Shown here piece by piece: positions 50,040 to 60,354 of a stretch of DNA of 64,000 bases. The first letter of the stretch is position 1. Every line of letters starts with the position of its first letter. The stretch lies in contig CAZNUW010000008.1 of NCBI GenBank assembly GCA_964576515.1, positions 36,307 to 100,306 on the forward strand, in the 5' to 3' direction. Source of the stretch: an uncultured Rhodobacterales bacterium (lineage in GTDB: Bacteria; Pseudomonadota; Alphaproteobacteria; Rhodospirillales; Rhodospirillaceae). The notes under the pieces are model-generated. The model was not told the DNA's origin. It saw only the letters and a list, made by a program, of their open reading frames with translations, and did not search any database. The position numbers were made by a program, and so were the translations under genes.

Positions 50040-51674
50040 ATGCGTATGACCCTGAAGAACAAACCCCTTGTATTTGCTCTGGCCGCCGGCTTCGCGTTCG
50101 CAACCGGCGTGGGCATTTTCACGCTAACACGCACAAGCGGCGATCCATCTTCTTATGTTCAATCAGTCCCCACGTCGCCGGGCGTATCGCGGGACAACGC
50201 CGTTCCTGCTGAATACGGCGCGCTTCAGTCCGCAGTAGCCGCGGTCCATGATCCGTCGCTGCGGGCGGACCTGGAAAAAATCTATGCGATCGCGGCGTAT
50301 CGCCCTCTGTGGGAGAACGACCGCGGCGGTCGGAAACGGTTGAAGGCGCTCGATCCTGTCGTCCGCTCCCTCAATGCCCAGGGTCTCGATGCTCATTTTA
50401 TCTCCGAAGCCAAGAATGATTTGGCGACCTCGGACAGTGTGGAGGCGCGCCAGCAAGCCGATCTCGCGCTGACTGCGGCAGTATTGCGCGCCGCGCGGGG
50501 ACAGCGGTTCGGGTTCATCGACGCGAAAAGCTTGGGATGGCATATCGCCTCCGACGAGAGCGACGTGGCGACCCACCTGGGCGAGGCGTTGTCAGGCAAC
50601 GATCTCGCGGAGTTCTTCGACGGCCTTGCGCCCCAAGACCCTCAATTCAGGGTCCTGACGGATGCCCTGAACCGCTATCGCGCAATCGCCGACGCCGGAG
50701 GATGGGCCCCTATCCCCGGAAACCAGGAAATCGACTTCGCCGGAGATTCTCGAATTTCGACGCTGCGCGCCCGCCTTGTTGCGGAAGGCTACGTCGCCGC
50801 GAACGCCGATACGAACACGGTCATCGAAGCCTTAAAAGTCTATCAATCGCGAAACGGCCTTGAACCCGATGGGCGCGCGGGACGGGCGACCCTCGCCGCC
50901 TTGAATGTCCCGATTGAGGAACGTATCGGCCAAATCGTCGCCAACCTCGAACGGCGGCGACATATGCGACACAACATGCCCGATGACTATATCGTCGCCA
51001 ATATCGCCGATCAGACCGTCACGGTCATACGCAGCCACAAGGACGATTTGCGCCTGCGCACGGTCGTAGGATCGCGGCGGCACGCGACCCCGATGATCGA
51101 GGCAACAATGACCGCCGTGACCTTGAACCCGCCCTGGCATGTCCCGACCTCCATCATCACCCGGGAAATTCTGCCGAAGTTGGACGCCGATCCGCAATAT
51201 CTTGAAGACAACAATATGCACGTCGTCGCGGGTTCATGGGACGACCCGAAATCGCTGCGCGTGCGCCAGAATCCCGGACCAGGCAACTCCCTCGGCCATG
51301 TAAAATTCGAGATGCAGAATCAGTGGAACATTTATCTCCACGACACGCCGAGCCGTTCTCTTTTTGAGAAACCCGATCGATATTTCAGCCATGGTTGCGT
51401 GCGCGTCGATCAGCCCGAGGAACTTGCGCAGACTTTGCTGTCCGGCCATAGCGTGGCCGACCTGAAGGACATTATCGCAAGTGGCGAAACGCGAACCCTA
51501 AGTCTTGAAAATCCCCTACCGGTTCTGGTCCTCTACTGGAGCGTGTTCGCGGACGTGGAGGGTCGCCTCCAGTTCCGGCGCGATGCCTATGCACGCGATT
51601 CGCAAACGGTATCGGCCCTCGCCATGGCGGGACTCTACAAAAATTTCCCGCAAGTTGTGGACCAAGGAAACTGA
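50040..51674 (+). CDS. L,D-transpeptidase family protein (YcbB/LdtD-like)
   Basis: PG-binding-like segment (..VYQSRNGLEPDGRAG..TL.ALN) and a YkuD catalytic motif HDTP....F......SHGCVRV. Confidence 0.85.
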   Translation: MRMTLKNKPLVFALAAGFAFATGVGIFTLTRTSGDPSSYVQSVPTSPGVSRDNAVPAEYGALQSAVAAVHDPSLRADLEKIYAIAAYRPLWENDRGGRKRLKALDPVVRSLNAQGLDAHFISEAKNDLATSDSVEARQQADLALTAAVLRAARGQRFGFIDAKSLGWHIASDESDVATHLGEALSGNDLAEFFDGLAPQDPQFRVLTDALNRYRAIADAGGWAPIPGNQEIDFAGDSRISTLRARLVAEGYVAANADTNTVIEALKVYQSRNGLEPDGRAGRATLAALNVPIEERIGQIVANLERRRHMRHNMPDDYIVANIADQTVTVIRSHKDDLRLRTVVGSRRHATPMIEATMTAVTLNPPWHVPTSIITREILPKLDADPQYLEDNNMHVVAGSWDDPKSLRVRQNPGPGNSLGHVKFEMQNQWNIYLHDTPSRSLFEKPDRYFSHGCVRVDQPEELAQTLLSGHSVADLKDIIASGETRTLSLENPLPVLVLYWSVFADVEGRLQFRRDAYARDSQTVSALAMAGLYKNFPQVVDQGN

Positions 51675-51775
51675 TCCGCGTCGGTTGCCGACTTTCATTA
51701 CGTAATGCGTAGAAACGCCCGATGACGTAATCCGACGATTGCCTCGCGCCGCAGGCCGATGATAGGCCTGACGTC

Positions 51776-52345
51776 ATGGGGCATAATCCGGACGCAACGA
51801 AAAATCACCTCCCGGCCACGCGCCGCCGGGTGATCGCAGGCGCCGCCGCTGCGGCCGCGGCATTCTTCATACGGCCGAGTTTCGCGGCTATACCCATTCC
51901 CGGGCCGCGCCGCTTACGATTCCAGAACCTTCACACGGGTGAAACCGCCACAACGGACTACTGGGCCGACGGGCAGTATCTCCAGGGCGGTCTCGACGAC
52001 ATCGCCAAGGTGCTGCGCGATCACCGTAGCGGCACAGTCCACCCCATTGATCCCGGATTGCTCGATCTCCTGCACAAGGTGCAAGGCGCGTTGGAAACCA
52101 CCACCGCGTTTCACGTCATCTCGGGCTACCGCTCGCCGGCGAGCAACGCAAAGCTGGCGGCCGCCAGCACCGGTGTCGCAAAACGAAGCCTGCATATGGA
52201 TGGAAAGGCGATCGATATCCGAATTCCGGGCGTCGCTTTGAGCAACCTCCATAAAGCGGCCAAGGCGCTTCAGGGCGGCGGCGTCGGTTACTACGCCCAA
52301 TCCAACTTCGTGCATATGGACGTCGGCCGCGTCCGCTACTGGTAA
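51776..52345 (+). CDS. DUF882 / YcbK (MepK)-like M15 peptidase, Tat-exported
   Basis: Twin-arginine TRRRVIAGAAAA..., then ISGYRSP..N........S.H..G.A.D.R and the C-terminal YY..S.FVH.DVG.VR.W. Confidence 0.8.
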   Translation: MGHNPDATKNHLPATRRRVIAGAAAAAAAFFIRPSFAAIPIPGPRRLRFQNLHTGETATTDYWADGQYLQGGLDDIAKVLRDHRSGTVHPIDPGLLDLLHKVQGALETTTAFHVISGYRSPASNAKLAAASTGVAKRSLHMDGKAIDIRIPGVALSNLHKAAKALQGGGVGYYAQSNFVHMDVGRVRYW

Positions 52346-52360
52346 GCTGCGGCCACCCGG

Positions 52361-52912
52361 TCAGGGCTGAATGACGAGACCGTCGATGTTCGCTTCACGC
52401 GGCACGCCCGGTGTCGTGACGGTACCGAGATAAAGATAGCCCACGACGTGATCGCCGGGTGCGAGACCGATCGCCGACTTGACCCCGGGGTCATAGGCGG
52501 CCGGGCCCGTTTTCCACATGGTGCCTAGTCCCAGCGCATGCGCGGCAAGGATCATGTTTTGGAGCGCGGCGCCGACGGCGACGACCTGTTCAACTTCGGG
52601 CACCTTATGATGCGGCGGCGTGCGGGCGGCCACGGCGACGATGGTCGGCGCGCGCATCGCCTTTAGCCCTTCACGCTCCAGCTCCTCGTCGGAAATGCTA
52701 GGCGTCATGCGCTTACGCATGGCGCGCATCGCCTGCGCAAGGACGCCGCGTTTGTCGCCGTCGAGCACAACAAACCGCCAGGGCGCCAAACGGCCATGAT
52801 CGGGCGCACGCGCGCCGGCTTTGAGGATCGCCTCAAGCTGTTCAGATGTCGGACCGGGGGCGCTCAATTTAAGCGCCGACGCCCGGCTGTTAATAGCGGT
52901 GAGGATATCCAT
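52361..52912 (-). CDS. nitroreductase family protein
   Basis: I..R.S.....P.P....L..IL.AG.RAPDHG.L.PWRF.V. AAGGA RBS before the ATG at 52912. Confidence 0.8.
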   Translation of the reverse strand: MDILTAINSRASALKLSAPGPTSEQLEAILKAGARAPDHGRLAPWRFVVLDGDKRGVLAQAMRAMRKRMTPSISDEELEREGLKAMRAPTIVAVAARTPPHHKVPEVEQVVAVGAALQNMILAAHALGLGTMWKTGPAAYDPGVKSAIGLAPGDHVVGYLYLGTVTTPGVPREANIDGLVIQP

Positions 52913-53011
52913 GGGGCCGTCCTTTGGCACGTGATACGGCCTATATATACGACGCCTCGGACAAAAAAAGACCCGCCGAAGCGGGTCTTTTCTAGTGGAT
53001 GCGCTTTATCC

Positions 53012-54964
53012 TCAGAAATCCGCCGCCAAGGCAATCGAGTACCGGCGCTGCGGGATGTACTGGAAGAAGAAGTTGTTTCCGCCCTGGAGGTCCCAGGAAT
53101 AGGTGTTTGTGAGGTTCTGCACGCGCGCGCGCAGGTTCGCCGAGGCGCCGAAAACCTGGAAACGGTAGCGTACGCCCATATTCACGACAACACGCGACGG
53201 AATATCCGCCCGGTTGATCGTGTTTCCAAAACCGCGATCCGTGTACTCCAACTGCCCCTCCAGCGAGACGCCGCGCCAAGCGTCCGGGCCGTATTGGAGA
53301 TCGAGGCGCGCCGACGCCTCGTCCTTACCCGGCGGCACGTTGCCGATCACACCCTGATCGACCAATGAGCCGGAGACGCGCGGCTGCAACAGCACGCCAC
53401 CGGCAACAACATTCAGCCCGGGCAGCGGCTGTCCCGTGAAGGACAATTCAAGGCCGCGTTGACGCATATTGCCAACGACCGTGTACAGATTCGTCGCATC
53501 GCGATCGAAGAACGGTTTCGAGATCTGAAAGACCGCGCCATTCACGCGCATGCCCGGCATGATCACATACATAAAGCCGAGCTCGGCCTGTTTTGTCAGC
53601 GTCGCCGGCACCGCTTCGCCGCGATTACGAGCTGATTGCGGCGTCGAACCACCGTCTTCAAAGCCCTTCGTATAACTGGTGAAAAGCGTGAGGTCCTGGC
53701 CCGCCTTGAGCGACAACGAACCGTTATAAAGCAAGGGCGTCTGCTTGCTGACCTGGGTCGGATTCACCGGATGGGTCAACGTGCGTTCGTAGGTCGTCTT
53801 TTGAACGCCGATGTTGACATCGCCTACATTCCGCCACTGCCCGAAATACTGCGCCCCACCGGTCAACTGCTTCGCGCTATCGAGGCCTTGGGGGCTATGC
53901 ACCCAGGTCGGCTCAATGACCTGCGGCATCGCGTTTATATTCGCCGTGCCGAAAAACGACTGCGCGCTGCCGCCAGATGGACGTGAGAGCTGACGGCCAC
54001 GCCCCATCAAATAGACGGTGTGACGGATATCACCGGCGGTAAATACGCCCTGCGCCTGCACTTCACCGGAGGTCGTCTTGATGACGATCGGCAACAGCTT
54101 CTGGAACGTTACATCGGTCGTGCCATCAGGCTGCGTGTTGTTGAAGAAGGTCGTATGGTCTTGCCGTCGGTCATAAGTGGCGCGGAACAAACCCGCACGC
54201 AGCGTCCACATACTGTTGATCGTCGCGCGTCCAACCGCGCCGTAGTTCGTGTCGTGCTGCTCCCACTGGTTCCATTCCTGCGCGAAGTTCTCGCCGCGGG
54301 TCTGTTCCGGCGGAAGATAGTCGCCGCCGACGTAAATGAACGGCATGCCTTCGGAATTGGCGCGGCTGGCGCGGCCCCAAAAGGACACAAGTTCCATCGC
54401 GTCGCTCGGCGTCCAGCGCATCAACCCCGCATACGAATGATCGTCCGCGTCCGCGTTCATGTCGCTGACATAGCGCGTGCGCTCGGCGCCGCCGCCGATG
54501 CTGAGTTTTCCGGGGATCACCGGAATCTGCGTGTCGATCTCAAGACTTGTCTGATCGTAGGGCCCGAGCGTCGCGACGACGCTGGTGACTTGCTTGTCCA
54601 TCGGCTTGCGCAATCTAATGTCGACGACCGCGCTTGGCGCCGGGAATGGGAACGTTAGGGCGTTGACACCCACGCGAACCGTGAACCCGGAGAACAGTCG
54701 GTCGACCAGGACGTCGCCCGGCCCGGTCGACGGCCGATCGAAGTACATGCCTTCGATGCGAACGTTGCCGGACTGTTGTGGATTGAAGCCACGCGCATTG
54801 CGGGCGTCGTAGAGACCGATCGTCTCGTTCCCAACCGTGGTGCCGAAGGCATCATCCGCCGCGGCGACCGCGTTATCATCGGCGCGTTGCGCCCATGCAC
54901 TTGTGGACTCCAGGCTCGACACACCGAGCGCAAGGATGGCCCAACGAACCAAACTGACCTGCAC
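53012..54964 (-). CDS. TonB-dependent-receptor-like outer-membrane beta-barrel protein
   Basis: Signal peptide, a short plug-like N-terminus (NVRIEGMYFDR), alternating beta-strand pattern, and a terminal ...SIALAADF. The GTG 54964 start is preferred, with the ORF-track start at 55009. Confidence 0.7.
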   Translation of the reverse strand: MQVSLVRWAILALGVSSLESTSAWAQRADDNAVAAADDAFGTTVGNETIGLYDARNARGFNPQQSGNVRIEGMYFDRPSTGPGDVLVDRLFSGFTVRVGVNALTFPFPAPSAVVDIRLRKPMDKQVTSVVATLGPYDQTSLEIDTQIPVIPGKLSIGGGAERTRYVSDMNADADDHSYAGLMRWTPSDAMELVSFWGRASRANSEGMPFIYVGGDYLPPEQTRGENFAQEWNQWEQHDTNYGAVGRATINSMWTLRAGLFRATYDRRQDHTTFFNNTQPDGTTDVTFQKLLPIVIKTTSGEVQAQGVFTAGDIRHTVYLMGRGRQLSRPSGGSAQSFFGTANINAMPQVIEPTWVHSPQGLDSAKQLTGGAQYFGQWRNVGDVNIGVQKTTYERTLTHPVNPTQVSKQTPLLYNGSLSLKAGQDLTLFTSYTKGFEDGGSTPQSARNRGEAVPATLTKQAELGFMYVIMPGMRVNGAVFQISKPFFDRDATNLYTVVGNMRQRGLELSFTGQPLPGLNVVAGGVLLQPRVSGSLVDQGVIGNVPPGKDEASARLDLQYGPDAWRGVSLEGQLEYTDRGFGNTINRADIPSRVVVNMGVRYRFQVFGASANLRARVQNLTNTYSWDLQGGNNFFFQYIPQRRYSIALAADF

Positions 54965-55127
54965 TATTTCCCCCCAAAGGCCGCCCCCCCGCGGAGCCCT
55001 ACCCGCCACAGCCTATGCCACATCCCACGCCATCGGGCCATATAGGAGACACGGTAAAATGAGGTGATTTCGGAGGGAAACCGTCCCGCAGGGCCATTTT
55101 TTTCGGCTCCGCCAGGAGGCACAAGGC

Positions 55128-55164
55128 TCAAAATAACAGGGGCCGGACAAGGCCGACCCCTGTT
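55128..55164 (-). terminator. intrinsic terminator after the MBL-fold hydrolase gene
   Basis: AACAGGGG...CCCCTGTT hairpin, followed on the minus strand by ATTTTGAG. Confidence 0.5.
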
Positions 55165-55172
55165 ACATCCGC

Positions 55173-56120
55173 TTAGGGAAGTTTGCCGTCGGCCTCTTGA
55201 TAGATCTTCGCGATGGCCAAGCCCTGTTGAGAACCGATCAATGCCCAATTTTTATAAGGCCCCCAATTCGCTTGTTTTACCGCCTCGCAGTTCTGAGTCG
55301 ATGCGCAGGGCGCGCCCGCCTTATGCAGCCGCTTCGCCTCCGCAATGACGTATTCGGTCGCCTTGCGGGACTCCGTGAGGTCCGCCTTCAACTCTTCCTT
55401 GGTGTCGACGAACCCATGTCCCGGAATGTTCCAATCGGCGTTCATGGCTTCGGCTTTCTTGAGCGTCGCAACCCACTCCGTCGGATAAGCCGACCGCATC
55501 GCCGGAAAAACGTCGCGCAGGTAGATCTCACCAAGGAAAAGGACTTTGCCCGCAGGCAGGTAGACCGCGAGGTCCCCGCCGGTATGCGCGCGCCCCAGGT
55601 TCAAGACCTGAATTTCAACGCCACCGACATTCAACACGCGCTTGTCCGTCACAAGTTCTGTCGGAATGGCGGCGTTCTTATTCCGCGCCATGTTTTTCTG
55701 GGACACCGGGGTCGATACAAACACGGCGTCCGGCCATGCGGCCTTCAGCTCCGCATTGCCGCCCACATGGTCGATGTGGTCGGAGCCGACGATGACGTAC
55801 TTCAAGGGTTGCGGCGTGATCTTCTTGATGCTGTCGACAAGACGCTTCCCGTCCATGGGGTCGCCCTGACCGTCGACCAGCACCGTGCCTGCGGACGTAA
55901 CGACGATCAGGCTGACGGTATTGATGGCCTTCCCGTCCGGGTCCGGCGCGTGCGTATCTTCATAGGCATAAACGTTGGGAACAAGCTGCTGCCAGCGCGG
56001 GAAGTCCTTCTCGGCAAGGCCGCGCGCCGCGATATCCGCCGATTTCGGAAACTTGTCCGCGGCGACGGCGACGGATGAGACGGCAAGCGCAGACGCAACG
56101 ATCAAACCAAGCATCCTCAT
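55173..56120 (-). CDS. exported MBL-fold metallo-hydrolase
   Basis: Signal peptide. The HxHxDH-type motif is degenerate here (GSDHIDHVGGN), plus a later H.GGD motif. Confidence 0.75.
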   Translation of the reverse strand: MRMLGLIVASALAVSSVAVAADKFPKSADIAARGLAEKDFPRWQQLVPNVYAYEDTHAPDPDGKAINTVSLIVVTSAGTVLVDGQGDPMDGKRLVDSIKKITPQPLKYVIVGSDHIDHVGGNAELKAAWPDAVFVSTPVSQKNMARNKNAAIPTELVTDKRVLNVGGVEIQVLNLGRAHTGGDLAVYLPAGKVLFLGEIYLRDVFPAMRSAYPTEWVATLKKAEAMNADWNIPGHGFVDTKEELKADLTESRKATEYVIAEAKRLHKAGAPCASTQNCEAVKQANWGPYKNWALIGSQQGLAIAKIYQEADGKLP

Positions 56121-56141
56121 GGGAGCCTCCCCTGGTTGAAG

Positions 56142-56606
56142 TTAGATCGGTAGTGCGGTCGTAGTCTTGATTTCGGACACGGCGGCGAACGAGTGTACTT
56201 CACGCACACCCGGCACGCGCGACAGCTTCTCGAAATAGAATTTTTCGTATTCGTGCAAATCGTGAGTCACGACCCGCAGCAGGAAGTCGAATCCGCCAAG
56301 GATCACGTGACACTCCATGACCTCCGGGAACGCCCGGATGGCCTGGGCGAAATCGTTGAGGTTGGGCTGATCGTTCTGAACGACCTTCACCTGCACGAAG
56401 AATTGGGCCCGTAGATCAAGCTTATCGCGATCAAGGACCGCAACGATTTTCGAGATATATCCTTCGTCCTTGAGGCGTTGAATACGACGCCAGCACGGCG
56501 ACTGGGACAATCCGACGGCTTCGGCGATTTCCGCCGCCGACCGGGACGCATCCTCCTGAAGCGTCCGAAGGATCTTGAGGTCGATCTTATCCAGTTCAGT
56601 CGCCAT
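56142..56606 (-). CDS. Lrp/AsnC family transcriptional regulator (BkdR-like by context)
   Basis: LDKIDLKIL..LQ.D...S..EIAE.VGLS.SPC.RRI..L...G.I. Confidence 0.85.
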   Translation of the reverse strand: MATELDKIDLKILRTLQEDASRSAAEIAEAVGLSQSPCWRRIQRLKDEGYISKIVAVLDRDKLDLRAQFFVQVKVVQNDQPNLNDFAQAIRAFPEVMECHVILGGFDFLLRVVTHDLHEYEKFYFEKLSRVPGVREVHSFAAVSEIKTTTALPI

Positions 56607-56638
56607 GGCGTCCTCTCATCAGCCGCATACCGGCACCG

Positions 56639-58024
56639 CTAGACATGAACAGCCGCGCCGACTGTACGGAGCGCCGCCTCGAAAAACCCTTCCGACAACG
56701 TCGGGTGAGCGTGAATGATGCCCTGGATGTCCTCGATGGTGGCGCCCATCTCCAGCGCCATCGCAAACTCACCCGAGAGTTCCGACACCTTCCGGCCAAC
56801 CGCCTGAACGCCCAACAGGCGATGATCGTCCTTGCGCGCAATGACGCGTACAAAACCGCCGTCGTCGGCGCCTTCCAGAGTCATCGCACGGCCATTGGCC
56901 GCCCAGGGGAACGACGCATTCAATACTTCACCGTTCACCTTGTCGTCCGGACCCAAGCCGACAGAAACGATTTCAGGTTCGGTAAAGCATACTGCCGGGA
57001 TCGCCACAGGATCGAATCGGCGTTTGTGACCCGCGATGATCTCAGCGACCATTTCACCCTGCGCGGACGCCTTGTGAGCCAGCATAGGCTCGCCGACCAA
57101 ATCACCGATGGCCCACACGTCGCGCATGGAGGTACGGCACTGATCGTCGACCTTGACGAAGCGGCCGTTCATATCCACGCCCATTGCTTCAAGGCCCCAG
57201 CCTTCCGTGCGCGGTTTACGTCCGACGGCTACCAAAACCTTATCCGCTTTGACGTCGGTCTTCTTGCCGTCCGGCCCTTCGACCGTGAGCGCTCCCTTGG
57301 CAAACCCTTGCGCTTTGGTGCCCGTCAGAACTTCGACGCCGTTCTTCTTTAGCCACTGAGCCACGGGCGCCGTCAGTTGCTTGTCATACGACGGCAGGAT
57401 GCGGTCAGCCGCTTCCACCACCGTCACTTCGGCGCCGAGCTTGCGGAAGGCGATCCCCAGTTCGAGACCGATATATCCTGCACCGACCACAGCCAAGCGT
57501 TTGGGCAAGGTCGGCAGATCAAGCGCGCCGGTGGAAGAGACGATGTCGCCGCCGAACGGGAGGTGTGGAAGTTCAACGGGGTCAGAGCCCGTCGCCAGGA
57601 TCACATGTTCCGCGACGATCGTCGTATCGCCGACAGTGCAGGTTTTGGCGTCGGAGAATTTCGCCCAACCGGAGATGACACGAACTTTCGCCCGCTTCAG
57701 AAGCGCGGCGACCCCACCGTTGAGACGGTCGACGATGCCTTCTTTCCATTTCACGGTGGCGGCAAGATCGAGCTTCGGCGGCGCGGACAACGAAATGCCG
57801 ACGTGCCCGCCCTTCTCCGCCGCATGGCGCATTTCCTCAAACATGTCGGCGGCGTGAATAATCGCCTTCGAGGGGATACAGCCGCGAATGAGGCAGGTGC
57901 CGCCCAGACGGTCGCCGTCGACAACCACCGTATCAAGGCCAAGTTGACCGGCACGGATTCCCGCGACGTATCCGCCCGGCCCTCCGCCGACGACAAGAAC
58001 TTTGGTTTTAATCGTTTCAGCCAT
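56639..58024 (-). CDS. lpd: dihydrolipoyl dehydrogenase (E3)
   Basis: GGGPGGY FAD motif, redox-active GGTCL.RGCIPSK, C-terminal HAHPTLSE. Confidence 0.95.
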   Translation of the reverse strand: MAETIKTKVLVVGGGPGGYVAGIRAGQLGLDTVVVDGDRLGGTCLIRGCIPSKAIIHAADMFEEMRHAAEKGGHVGISLSAPPKLDLAATVKWKEGIVDRLNGGVAALLKRAKVRVISGWAKFSDAKTCTVGDTTIVAEHVILATGSDPVELPHLPFGGDIVSSTGALDLPTLPKRLAVVGAGYIGLELGIAFRKLGAEVTVVEAADRILPSYDKQLTAPVAQWLKKNGVEVLTGTKAQGFAKGALTVEGPDGKKTDVKADKVLVAVGRKPRTEGWGLEAMGVDMNGRFVKVDDQCRTSMRDVWAIGDLVGEPMLAHKASAQGEMVAEIIAGHKRRFDPVAIPAVCFTEPEIVSVGLGPDDKVNGEVLNASFPWAANGRAMTLEGADDGGFVRVIARKDDHRLLGVQAVGRKVSELSGEFAMALEMGATIEDIQGIIHAHPTLSEGFFEAALRTVGAAVHV

Positions 58025-58051
58025 GAGGGAACTTTCTCAATGCTACGCGGG

Positions 58052-59338
58052 CTAGCGCATGAAAATGGTGGCGGGATGCTCGAGCATCGCCTTGACGGTC
58101 TGGATGAAACTCGCCGCGTCGAAACCATCGATGATGCGATGGTCGAACGAGGAGGAGATGTTCATCGTCTTACGGATCGCGATCTGACCGTTCCGCACGA
58201 CCGGACGTTCGACGATCTTATTTGGCCCCACGATCGCGACTTCCGGACGATTGATGATAGGCGTATGGGTAATGCCGCCCAATGTGCCGAGGCTGGTGAT
58301 CGTGATCGTCGAACCACTCAGTTCCTCGACCGAAGCCTTACCGATGCGCGCGGCCTCGGCGACGCGTTTAAGCTCCGATGCCGCGTCCCAAAGATCGCGG
58401 GCTTCCGCATGACGCACGACCGGCACCATCAACCCGTTCGGGGTTTGGGTCGCGATGCCGATATGAACGGGCTTATGACGATAGACAACGTTCGCCTCGT
58501 CGTCGAACGTCGAGTTGATCTGCGGATGGTCGGGTAACGCCGCGCAAATGGCGCGCATGAAGAACGGGAGCAGGGTCAATTTCGGCTGATCGGCCCGTTT
58601 GGTCGCGTTCATATACAAACGCAAATCGTCGAGTTCGGTGACATCCACCTCCTCGACATAGGTGATGTGCGGGATGTGCCGCTTTGCCGCCTGCATGCGC
58701 TCGGCGATCTTGCGTCGAAGACCGATGATCTTGATTTCCTCGACGCCGCTTCGCTTCACGAGGCCCGCCCCGCCGCCGCCGGAGGCCGTCTGGGCGCCGC
58801 TGGCCACATAGGCATCGAGGTCTTCGTGCGAAATGCGCCCGCCGGGACCTGTTCCGGGAACATACTGAAGTTTGACGCCCATCTCGTCCGCGCGCTTGCG
58901 GACGGCCGGCGAGGCTAAAGGCCGCTCGCCTACGACACGCGGCTGAACCGCCCTTTCCGCCGCCGGTGACTTCGGCGCCGCCGCGACGGGCTCCTGCTTC
59001 GGCGCCGGAGGTGGGGCCACCGCGGGCTTCGGCGCTTCCACTTTTGGAGCCGGCGCAGGTTTCGCCGCCGCCTTCTCGTCGGAAACGTTGCCCGCGCCCT
59101 CGACCTCAAACGTGATCAGGATGGATCCGACGGCCGCCTTGTCCCCCGCCTGTCCGGCGGTTTCAGTGACGATGCCGACGACGGGAGACGTCAGCTCGAC
59201 AGTCGCCTTATCGGTCATCACGTCGACGATCGGCTGGTCTTCCTTGACCGTATCGCCGGGCTTCACATGCCAGGTAACAATTTCCGCTTCGGCGGTGCCT
59301 TCGCCGACATCGGGCAGCTTGAAGATGAACTTTGCCAC
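58052..59338 (-). CDS. bkdB: branched-chain 2-oxoacid dehydrogenase E2 (dihydrolipoamide acyltransferase)
   Basis: Lipoyl domain (DVMTDKATVE), Ala/Pro linker, E3-binding segment, and catalytic DHR..DG motif. Confidence 0.9.
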   Translation of the reverse strand: MAKFIFKLPDVGEGTAEAEIVTWHVKPGDTVKEDQPIVDVMTDKATVELTSPVVGIVTETAGQAGDKAAVGSILITFEVEGAGNVSDEKAAAKPAPAPKVEAPKPAVAPPPAPKQEPVAAAPKSPAAERAVQPRVVGERPLASPAVRKRADEMGVKLQYVPGTGPGGRISHEDLDAYVASGAQTASGGGGAGLVKRSGVEEIKIIGLRRKIAERMQAAKRHIPHITYVEEVDVTELDDLRLYMNATKRADQPKLTLLPFFMRAICAALPDHPQINSTFDDEANVVYRHKPVHIGIATQTPNGLMVPVVRHAEARDLWDAASELKRVAEAARIGKASVEELSGSTITITSLGTLGGITHTPIINRPEVAIVGPNKIVERPVVRNGQIAIRKTMNISSSFDHRIIDGFDAASFIQTVKAMLEHPATIFMR

Positions 59339-60352
59339 TTATGCCTCCACGACCCGACGAAGAGCTTCGCTGACACGCTTCGGACCCGGGAAATATTGCC
59401 ATTCAAACGCGTGCGGATACGGCGTGTCGTAACCCGTGACGCGCTCGATGGGCGCTTCAAGGTGATAGAAACAGTGTTCCTGGATGAGCGCCGAGAGTTC
59501 GGCCCCATAACCGGACGTGCGTGTCGCCTCGTGAACAACGACGCAACGGCCCGTCTTCTTGACCGATTCAACGATGGTATCGATATCCAACGGCACAAGC
59601 GTGCGCAGATCGATCACTTCCGCATCGACGCCCGCCTCCTGCGCCGCCGCGATGGAAACGTGAACCATCGTGCCGTAGCAGATCACCGTGACGGCCTGCC
59701 CCGGACGCACGATGGCGGCTTGGCCGAGAGGGATGCTGTAATATCCTTCCGGCACTTCACTGGCGGGGTAGGACGACCACGCTTTCACGCCCTCATCGCT
59801 GTGGCCGCTGAAGGGGCCGGTGTAGAGACGCTTCGGTTCAAGAAAAATCACCGGATCGTCGTCTTCGATACTGGCGATCAACAAGCCCTTGGCGTCGTAA
59901 GGCGTCGAGGGGATGACGGTCTTCAAGCCGACCACATGGGTAAACAGGCTTTCCGGGCTTTGACTGTGCGTTTGACCGCCGTAAATCCCACCGCCATAGG
60001 GCGAGCGCACCACCATGGGCGCAAAGAATTCACCCGCCGAGCGATACCGCAAGCGCGCGGCTTCCGACACGAGTTGATCCATTGCGGGGTAGATGTAGTC
60101 GGCGAACTGAACTTCGACGACGGGACGCAAACCGTAGGCGCCCATACCGATGGCCGCGGCGACGATACCGCCCTCGGTGATCGGCGCGTCGAAGCATCGA
60201 TTCACGCCGAACTTCGCCTGCAGGCCTTCCGTTGCGCGGAAAACACCGCCGAAATAGCCAACGTCCTCGCCGAAGACGACGACTTTCTTGTCTTTTTCCA
60301 TCATCGTGGCCATCGCGGAGTTGATGGCCTGCACCATGTTCATCGTTGCCAT
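59339..60352 (-). CDS. bkdA2: 2-oxoisovalerate dehydrogenase E1 beta subunit
   Basis: MNMVQAINSAM....D..V...GEDVG..GGVFR.T.GL. The start at 60352 lies 2 nt after the E1-alpha stop. Confidence 0.9.
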   Translation of the reverse strand: MATMNMVQAINSAMATMMEKDKKVVVFGEDVGYFGGVFRATEGLQAKFGVNRCFDAPITEGGIVAAAIGMGAYGLRPVVEVQFADYIYPAMDQLVSEAARLRYRSAGEFFAPMVVRSPYGGGIYGGQTHSQSPESLFTHVVGLKTVIPSTPYDAKGLLIASIEDDDPVIFLEPKRLYTGPFSGHSDEGVKAWSSYPASEVPEGYYSIPLGQAAIVRPGQAVTVICYGTMVHVSIAAAQEAGVDAEVIDLRTLVPLDIDTIVESVKKTGRCVVVHEATRTSGYGAELSALIQEHCFYHLEAPIERVTGYDTPYPHAFEWQYFPGPKRVSEALRRVVEA

Positions 60353-60354
60353 GA